A DNA stretch of 5,893 nt from Amoeboradix gromovi X-113 (Eukaryota > Fungi > Sanchytriomycota). Positions 1 to 5,893 of the stretch are shown piece after piece (within the stretch, counting starts at the first letter, position 1; each line of letters opens with the position of its first letter). The stretch is taken from assembly GCA_018985225.1 (NCBI GenBank), contig JADGIF010000621.1:1-5893 (forward strand), given 5' to 3'. Under the pieces are notes generated by a model, which did no database searches, had not been told where the DNA came from, and saw nothing but the letters and a program-made list of their open reading frames with translations. Both the position numbers and the translations under genes were made by a program.

Positions 1-54
1 ATATTAAATATCCCATTTGCATCTGATCACGCTGTTTATTCACCAATAAGAGAG

Positions 55-319
55 CTGTTCTCATAACAGCGATCTCATCAATAAAAAACTATGACTACTA
101 GCGCAACTCACCAAACCCTGACCTGATTTCCCCAAATCCAACTGAGAATCATAACATTGGTCTTGATCTTCTTGATTGAGAACCAAGAGTGTCTTATCAA
201 ACTTGTCGCAGAATTATTTTAACGTCTCGAACCCAAATCAACAAAGTCTATCTCGATAGGTAATCACTATTTTCCAGACATTATTCGTCGCAAAAGGGTT
301 TCATAGACTTTTGACTTAA
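55..319 (+). mobile_element. Degenerate Tc1/mariner (IS630-Tc1) DDE transposase, C-terminal relic (frameshifted, multiple stops)
   Basis: Fragments across + frames fall in the order of a Tc1 C-terminus: SPNPDLISPNPTEN (108-149) then HW (155-160), cf. the P-x-SPDLNPIENLW motif holding the catalytic E; then QINK, DII and VAKGFH / KGFIDF* (about 234-319), cf. terminal INKLI.SM..R...VI.AKGG.T.Y*. No TIR or TA target site recognised. Confidence 0.45.
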
Positions 320-449
320 TTTAAGGCCACTTGCATTGTCATAAATTAAGATCGCTCTAGAAAGTCACGATTTAATGTATTGATTTGTCATTTAAGATCC
401 GCTTTTTGTTTCTGGATAAGACCCTCGCATACGAGATGATCTCTTTTAA

Positions 450-924
450 AAGGGATTAGAAGCACTAAGCGATTCGCAGATGTCTCCTAAATGGCAAAGA
501 AATGTTGAAAAACATCTAAATATTGCATATTTAGACAAGTTTCTCAATATAGATGAGTTTATATATACCTGCTAGATATTTCCTTAGATTTGGCATATTC
601 TGGATTACATCCATTTGTCACCTACGAAAATCAAGAATATCGAGCATTCCATTTATTAGAAAAATCTAGAAAATGTATTTAGTCTAAAATTGTCATGACT
701 TCGCGATAAATAGTTTATTTAGGAAACGCAAAGAACTGCTCCAATGGGCCTCATGATGCAAAGGTGCTCTAGAACATGGATAAGCAGCAAGTTTACGCTT
801 TTTAGCCAAAGTCTTGAATGGAGTAGTTGCTTGGAAATTAACTATGATTGCCTTACTTGTTATAGGGTTCTTTTATACTGGTTATTATCCGAGTTGCTTC
901 GAGTTTGAAAAGGTAGGAATGTAG
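450..924 (+). pseudogene. Possible decayed coding sequence, unidentified
   Basis: Overlapping protein-like stretches in successive frames: KGLEALSDSQMSPKWQRNVEKHLNIAYLDKFLNIDEFIY (450-575), YLLDISLDLAYSGLHPFVTYENQEYRAFHLLEK (557-682), and NCHDFAINSLFRKRKELLQWAS... (688-924, with stops). No family motif recognised. Confidence 0.2.
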
Positions 925-1227
925 TCTATTGATACCGCAATAAATTCTGGAAAACGATCACTATTAGAAAATATTATGAGATAGAAAGCTATAATTGAAG
1001 ATTAGATTTGCGATTAGTTTGTTGGCACGAATTCAAAGACGGAAAAGGTGTGAAAGAGATGAAAACTATGGCTATAAGTACTCTAATTTTATTCTTGTAT
1101 TATTAAATAAACGGAGTTTAATTAATCCCATCAGGTATTTACAAATTTGTTTCCTGCCCGTATCTGGGCACATCTACGTAGCGTAACTTGTTTAGGTTTA
1201 AAATTGCTTAATAATTTTTCTCACCCA

Positions 1228-1845
1228 ATGAAGTGGCTTCCTCTTGAAAGCGACCCAGACTTATTAAATGCGTATTGTAATGATATCAATGGAGGACTTA
1301 ATGCTCAATTTGTTGATGTCTATGGCTTTGATTCAGATTTGTTAGCAATGGTTCCGCGTCCTGTCAGGGCTTTAATGTTTTTGTTCCCTATAAGCATCCG
1401 TAAAGATACCATAACTGAGTTTAAAGGCAGTTGCTGGTTTTCCAAACAGACCATTAGTAATGCATGCGGTACAGTAGCGGTTCTTCATGCGCTAGCAAAC
1501 ACCGGATTGGCTCAGGGTAATGCTAAGGTGTATATAGAAACAACGAAGTTTTCCACACCACTAGAAAGAGGAAAAATGCTTGAAGATGCTAAATTTATCG
1601 AAGAAGCCCATATGCAGACCGCAAATCACGGAAGTACTGACATTGACGAAGATACTGAACTTCATTTTGTATCCTTTGTACCAATAGACGGAAGAATAGT
1701 AGAAATGGATGGCCGACTTGACTGCCCAATTGACCATGGCCCATTTGATGATTTCTTTGATGAAGCCTCAAAAATAATTGAAGGTATTATTAAAAAATCA
1801 AAAAACTCAACATTCAACTTGATGGCACTAGTAGGTGATCAGTAA
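1228..1845 (+). CDS. UCHL3: Ubiquitin carboxyl-terminal hydrolase, peptidase C12 family, UCH-L3/YUH1-like (205 aa)
   Basis: The first ATG (1228) gives MKWLPLESDP, the family N-terminal W-x-PLESNP motif; also DVYGFD..LLAMVPRPV.A..FLFP, the oxyanion Gln and catalytic Cys in KQTISNACGT, catalytic His in ELHFVSFV, catalytic Asp in EMDGR, PIDHG and C-terminal FNLMAL. TAA stop. The TTG-initiated extension from 1147 in the ORF track is not supported. Confidence 0.95.
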   Translation: MKWLPLESDPDLLNAYCNDINGGLNAQFVDVYGFDSDLLAMVPRPVRALMFLFPISIRKDTITEFKGSCWFSKQTISNACGTVAVLHALANTGLAQGNAKVYIETTKFSTPLERGKMLEDAKFIEEAHMQTANHGSTDIDEDTELHFVSFVPIDGRIVEMDGRLDCPIDHGPFDDFFDEASKIIEGIIKKSKNSTFNLMALVGDQ

Positions 1846-1852
1846 TTACGGC

Positions 1853-1906
1853 AATAAAATAAATTGACTGCTCAAACTCGTAAAAACATCTGCATATTAT
1901 TTTATT
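1853..1906. terminator. Convergent polyadenylation signals in the 93-bp gap between UCH and the FHA gene
   Basis: AATAAA on + at 1853-1858 and 1858-1863, just after the UCH stop; AATAAA on - at 1906-1901, after the TGA-TAA double stop of the FHA gene. Confidence 0.5.
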
Positions 1907-1938
1907 ACAAGGCACACCGTAGGCAGGTTAAGACTTTA

Positions 1939-2806
1939 TCAAAATATAGATGGGTCCAAATTCAGACTAGCCGAATTTCTGTTCTCTAGGATATTGTCTA
2001 GTTTTGAACTTCTTTTTGCAGTTGAGGATGAGAGTCCAAGCATTGCCATTTCACTTTTTCGTCGGAAAAACCCAGTACCAGGGTCTTTGTTTCCTTTTGA
2101 TGCCTTCAATCTTTCAACGGTTGAGCGTTGTACATCTTCGTATCCATCCAACAAATCATCAATAAGCATATAGATTGCCATTTCTGTATCATTAATTAAT
2201 GGATCCAATGAGTATTTTGATTGCAAAGTCCTAAATTCGCCAGTGCTAACTACGTAAAATAAAACTACCTCTTCGTAGAGACCCGTCTTTTTTATCTCTG
2301 CCATTAAATATCACTGCCAAGTTAGATTTGCTGTCTAAAATCTTACAATTTAGCTCATATTCGATCTTAATACTTTCAATGATTTCTTCTGTCAAAGATG
2401 CTTCGGTGGTTAACTTTGAATAAAACTTGATCTGCACACATTGATGAATCACCTCATTTAACTTGTATGTCTCTCCAAATTGAATCACATCTTCGTCGTG
2501 TAATTCAATATATTCACTTTCCTTTCCAATTGGAGATAGTCTTCTTAAGTTAACAAATGTACCAGAACTACTTCCTGCATCCCTTATGAAGATTTTTTGA
2601 TTTTTTAACAACAAAACTGCGTGTTTACGACTAATTACTTTGGAGTTATATGAGATATCCGACTTGTTACCAGCTCTACCAATAGTTTTTTCGACATTTT
2701 CACTTAAGCTTGCTGATTTGATGCCAACGCTGCCACTATTTACAGGAAGTAATAAAATTTCTGTTTCCATCAGTTTCACGGCGAATCTAAAAGCCACACC
2801 GTTCAT
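1939..2806 (-). CDS. FHA-domain protein (Dma1/Dma2-, Vps64/Far10-, SLMAP-type FHA), probably spliced, joining ORFs 2246-2842 and 1939-2304
   Basis: FHA signature IGR...SKVISRKHA...IRDAGSSSGTFVN..RLS...ES...LHDEDVIQFG...HQCV. Start is ATG 2806 or ATG 2770 (the ORF-track start at 2842 is TTG). The downstream ORF is +1 relative to the FHA frame, and removing a GT..AG segment of 3n+1 nt (19 nt, 2268-2250; or 97 nt, 2346-2250) fuses them. No RING or transmembrane segment is visible, so orthology is unassigned. The FHA call is firm; the exon structure is less so. Confidence 0.8.
2250..2268 (-). other. Candidate 19-nt spliceosomal intron
   Basis: AG|GTAGTTTTATTTTACGTAG|TT on the - strand; removal gives ...GSLRR-VSTGEFRTLQ... 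and bypasses the in-frame TAG at 2248-2246. Confidence 0.45.
2314..2346 (-). other. Candidate 33-nt in-frame intron
   Basis: GTAAGA donor (2346), CTAAC branch-site motif (2325-2321) and CAG acceptor (2316-2314); length is 3n with no stop, so ORF finding cannot reveal it. Confidence 0.4.
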
Positions 2807-2859
2807 TATGTATGAAAGCAGAAAATAAATCTTAATTTCCAAGACATTTTTATATATCG

Positions 2860-3086
2860 CAGAATCTTTTGGATGTATTTGCTCATTGAAGTGCCCAGTT
2901 TCCTGGATACTAGGAATACAATCTATAAGTTGCGCTAGTGATTAGGCCCATACTACCCTGAGCTTGGATAGAGTATGGATTCATATATCTCTAGTCTGCG
3001 CTCCACTCCTGATTAATAGATTCCTCATTACATTCCTCTAAAGTCCCCTTTTCTTGGGCAGCAATTTGCTTATTGCAAAAGTTCTG
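2860..3086 (-). ncRNA. Unidentified long imperfect hairpin (fold-back); candidate structured RNA or decayed inverted-repeat element
   Basis: Nested helices (+ coordinates): 2860-2871/3076-3086, 2892-2897/3055-3060, 2912-2922/3027-3037, 2920-2926/3016-3022, 2932-2935/2998-3001, 2935-2942/2987-2994, 2947-2954/2972-2979, 2953-2958/2966-2971; apical loop about 2959-2965. GC is 77/180 (43%) over 2881-3060 versus 52/180 (29%) over 3061-3240. The inverted repeat is directly visible; RNA status is inferred. Confidence 0.45.
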
Positions 3087-3194
3087 AATTTAAATTTTTA
3101 CAACAATTCGTTGGGTATTACTTTAAAATTGAAGCATTTTGGCTGAGATGATTCAGAGACTTTTACATAATTGAGAAAGAATGATTATCATATT

Positions 3195-3200
3195 TTTATT
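3195..3200 (-). terminator. Putative polyadenylation signal of RSM22
   Basis: AATAAA on the - strand about 65 nt after the TAA stop at 3267-3265. Confidence 0.35.
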
Positions 3201-3264
3201 CAATGGCAAAACTCCGGTAAGAGATGGTAAGAAGATAAGAATCCTTCAGTTAGATAAAAATTAT

Positions 3265-4284
3265 TTATTCAACTACACCTGGCTGCTGTCTTATGACACT
3301 TTTGTATTCATGATTCCATGCATCGCCCCATCTTGCTTTTCTTGCTTCTGTATAAATATTTACTCCCATTGATTTAGGTACAGATATCCTCCTCCATTTT
3401 TCGTCTTTACAAATATCTAAAAGGACATGCCCACCTTGCTTTAACGGTGAATTGGTGATTCGAGCTAAATCTTTCTTTTCAACTTCGCCTTTGTGCATGA
3501 TTAGATATGTGTACTTAGTATCTTCACAGTCATGTTTAGAATTCTTTGTTATTTTCGTAAATTTAGGTCTCACTGTACGTTGAGCAAAATGACACCAGTT
3601 TGAATTACCGAGTTTTTTTGCCATTAATAAAGGACAAAAGCCATCGTGAGTACATGGCGCCATGACTGTTCCATTCTTTTTTGCTTTAATTCTGAACTCA
3701 CCGATTGTAGAAAACATTTCCGGATTTCCACGATCAATTATAACCAAAGTCTTTCTTGTTAATTTCCACATCTCATCCAGCAACGTTATTCTCAGATTTT
3801 TTTGGATGCTGGACAGCGTATGAGAGCACACTATCAGATCATGCTGATGTTTTGGTAGAGATTGCAGCAAATCAATTTTTAAATTTTGAGAATCAGCATA
3901 TTCCCTACATTTTACTAGCATGTCTTGAGATATATCAAAAGCAGACATTTTTCCATTATATTTTAGCTCATTTAAAGCCATCAAACTCGTACCCAAACCA
4001 CTACCGACATCAAGAATACTCTTATAAGTATTAGGATGGCGGGTTAGTTGCTTCAGCACGGAATAGTTTTGTGCATATATAGATGGGAAATATCCTGCAA
4101 TGTATGCTAACACTTGTCTTTCTTTGTAATCCATAATGACATCGGATTTGCTATTATTTTCCATGAGCTTCAGATAATCATTTCTAATTTGCGATTTATC
4201 GACCACCTGGGATATCCATCTTTCAGCTAAATTATTGATCTTACTTGGCAGTTTGCCGACATGTCTTAATATCGAGGAATTCAT
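3265..4284 (-). CDS. RSM22: Mitochondrial small ribosomal subunit assembly factor Rsm22 / METTL17, SAM-binding methyltransferase-like Fe-S protein (339 aa)
   Basis: AYIAGYFPSIYA, SAM motif I LDVGSGLGT, DLIVCSHTLS, LVIIDRGNP, Cys motifs APCTHDGFCP, WCHFAQR and GGHVLLDIC, ARI...PLK, and C-terminal YTEARKARWGD, all typical of the Rsm22 family. Uninterrupted ATG-TAA ORF. Confidence 0.93.
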   Translation of the reverse strand: MNSSILRHVGKLPSKINNLAERWISQVVDKSQIRNDYLKLMENNSKSDVIMDYKERQVLAYIAGYFPSIYAQNYSVLKQLTRHPNTYKSILDVGSGLGTSLMALNELKYNGKMSAFDISQDMLVKCREYADSQNLKIDLLQSLPKHQHDLIVCSHTLSSIQKNLRITLLDEMWKLTRKTLVIIDRGNPEMFSTIGEFRIKAKKNGTVMAPCTHDGFCPLLMAKKLGNSNWCHFAQRTVRPKFTKITKNSKHDCEDTKYTYLIMHKGEVEKKDLARITNSPLKQGGHVLLDICKDEKWRRISVPKSMGVNIYTEARKARWGDAWNHEYKSVIRQQPGVVE

Positions 4285-4536
4285 CCGGTTTTACATGGGA
4301 ATACGAAACCAGGATAACCACAGAAGCTCATCATTGTTAAGCAAAACTTCGTTTATCTAAAACAAACCCAGCTGCTTTAAAGTTATTAGTCTTTCATTTA
4401 ATTTTTCCCATAGCACCTAACCACGATCTTAATCAACTTGACATCAAGTATTTAGGACATCAAATATAAAAACTAGAGTAACTCGAAAACGTACTGTCCC
4501 GATTCTTTAAAATGAGTTCTTTTCAAAAACACGAGT

Positions 4537-4545
4537 TTAGGGTTA
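4537..4545 (-). promoter_or_regulatory. Telobox-like motif TAACCCTAA upstream of RSM22
   Basis: TTAGGGTTA on + equals 1.5 telomeric repeats, about 250 bp upstream of the RSM22 ATG. Single copy; may be chance. Confidence 0.25.
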
Positions 4546-5010
4546 ATGCGATCGTTATTCACGTCATTGTGTCACTTAAAAATGATAATGTAAACGAATA
4601 TAAACTAGAAAAAATTTATGGGCCCATGAAACTACTTGAAGATATTGTTATATTAACCAAGTATTCTTTATTTGATTCTTATTGAGATTTGAATATCTTT
4701 TGAATTGATTCTAATTTGCATATTTGGGAATCTTTCAATTTGGTGCATTGATTTCAAAACACCCTGCAATATCATCAATTAATTGTTGCTCAGATTTGTT
4801 CTCATTCAATCCTCTATAATCCAGCTCTTTAACGGAATTTTTCAAATAATTTCTTAATTTCTCCAGTAAATTAGCCAGAAATTTACGAATTTTGTCACAA
4901 CCTTGTCAAATATGACTAACCATTCATTGAGAACCATTACGATAAATAGTAATATATTCTCCAAACCTTCTTCAGTCATCGTTAAGTACTGGCATGTGAT
5001 TTATGACAAT

Positions 5011-5540
5011 TTAATATTCGCCATCGAGAACTTGGTATATTACAAACACCCGTATTAACCTAAAAAAAATTTGTCATCTCCTCCTAACTCTATGCTGACT
5101 TCTTAAATAAATGCCATACCATCTGGATCTTGTTCTCTAAGCTTCACATGAACGCTTGTATATGACCATTCTAACATTTCTATAGAATTTCTCTATACTT
5201 CCAACATAGCTAGCATATTTCTGTAAAATATGAGCTGCATAACCACTAATCAACTTCACCAGAGTGAAATTTCGCTACAGTTTGTGGTGGGGATTGGTTC
5301 AAATCTTAAAAATACAGAAGAGTTGATTTGATGGTATCTTTTTAATGAGTATATCGCACAAGCAGCAACTTTAGTTATGCGCCAAACATAGATTTAAATC
5401 CTCTTAGTAAAAGCACATTCTTCTTCGAAACTAGCTACAAAAAGTCAAAAAAAGAATTAAAATAGTTGATTTTCCATTAATTTACTTTCAGATGACCTCG
5501 TACTCTTTTATGACCTCTCTCTCAGTATATTCCTGCAACT
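5011..5540 (-). mobile_element. Degenerate Mutator-like (MULE/MuDR) transposase relic
   Basis: Ordered fragments across three - frames: EVIKEY (5517-5500); FC then FEEECAF (Cys codons at 5439 and 5417); WRITKV (5384-5367), resembling the MuDR zinc-finger region; ASY / CWKYRE / SIEML..SY (5214-5160), cf. ISY.KAWRARE.A.EM....SY; KLREQDPDG (5144-5118), cf. L...NPG; DDK-FFRL across a T8 run, cf. D.RF.RLF; and VLDG (5031-5020), a candidate first catalytic Asp. Confidence 0.5.
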
Positions 5541-5581
5541 ATAGGACACACAGCAATTAAATCACTCAGGAACAAAGGCAG

Positions 5582-5629
5582 AAAAAAAAGGTCCCATTCG
5601 AGTCTAAGATACATTAATTTCGAATGGGA
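5582..5629 (-). repeat. Perfect 10-bp inverted repeat with 18-nt spacer, followed on the - strand by T8
   Basis: TCCCATTCGA (5592-5601) / TCGAATGGGA (5620-5629); A8 on + at 5582-5589. Confidence 0.7.
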
Positions 5630-5893
5630 ACAAGTTCAAGCTTTCCCCAAAAAAAATTATTTAATGTCTCTTTATAATAGATTGAATTTTGAATGCTTTA
5701 ATATGTTTTGAAATACTCAATTCGATCTGGCTTTGACATTTAATGTGGCCATTTGCGAATATTTAAGTACTCATTATGAACATATTGAACTGAATTTCTT
5801 GCTGCTTTTAAACTTGCAAGAGCAGCTATTGGAATTTGTATTATTTCCATAAATTGTATGACCTTTCAGATTTTTCCAATACCTGGAAAGCTC

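Noticed and set aside
97-108. 12-mer ACTAGCGCAACT also found inverted at 2928-2939
   Set aside because: A few 12-nt matches are expected by chance in a window this size, and it does not extend.
515-535. Near-palindrome TCTAAATAT-TGC-ATATTTAGA and other short AT-rich palindromes (5178-5187, 5391-5400)
   Set aside because: Low complexity and isolated; compatible with chance.
995-1186. 63-aa ORF from the track
   Set aside because: TTG start, no motifs, overlaps the probable UCH promoter.
1135-1195. Intron-like GTATTT...GTAAC..TTTAG upstream of UCH
   Set aside because: Splicing gives no upstream coding exon (in-frame TAA at 1119, no ATG); at most a UTR intron with no support.
2640-2828. 62-aa + strand ORF
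   Set aside because: Antisense shadow of the FHA coding region with a non-ATG start.
3037-3166. AAAGTCCCC (+, 3040-3048) resembling the RNase MRP CR-I motif, and a possible AAAGTCTC/GGGACTTT pairing on -
   Set aside because: No matching CR-V on the same strand and no bulged-U P4 geometry.
3216-3240. GGTAAGA-type short tandem repeats
   Set aside because: Only 2-3 degenerate units, most likely slippage in the RSM22 3' UTR; not a CRISPR or satellite array.
3181-3372. 63-aa + strand ORF
   Set aside because: Antisense to the RSM22 3' end; no recognisable features.
3756-4034. 92-aa + strand ORF
   Set aside because: Entirely antisense within RSM22 with a non-ATG start.
5614-5850. Protein-like - strand frame (MEIIQIPIAALASLKAARNSVQ...) broken only by TAA codons, suggesting TAA = Gln recoding
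   Set aside because: UCH and RSM22 both end in TAA, and the intact genes show no internal TAA/TAG at Gln positions over hundreds of codons; more likely decayed sequence.
1-5893. Prokaryotic or viral system (operon, CRISPR, defence island), tRNA or rRNA
   Set aside because: The genes are eukaryotic types with poly(A)-like signals; no repeat-spacer array, cloverleaf or rRNA motif was seen.

Overview
AT-rich (roughly one-third GC) DNA from a compact, intron-poor eukaryotic nuclear genome using the standard code; an early-diverging fungus or relative is plausible, but the taxon cannot be fixed from sequence alone. The core has three housekeeping-type genes: a short UCH-L3/YUH1-type ubiquitin C-terminal hydrolase (+, 1228-1845), an FHA-domain protein of the Dma/Vps64/SLMAP FHA type (-, about 2806-1939) whose two ORFs are best joined by a very small intron, and the mitoribosomal Fe-S methyltransferase-like protein Rsm22/METTL17 (-, 4284-3265). 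Between RSM22 and the FHA gene is an unannotated, GC-enriched ~227-nt imperfect fold-back (2860-3086) whose G-U wobble bias favours a minus-strand rod-like RNA; this is the most unusual object in the window. Both flanks lack long ORFs but read as frameshifted DNA-transposon relics: a Tc1/mariner-like transposase C-terminus on the left and a Mutator (MULE)-like transposase on the right. All family calls are by-eye motif recognition; no searches were run.
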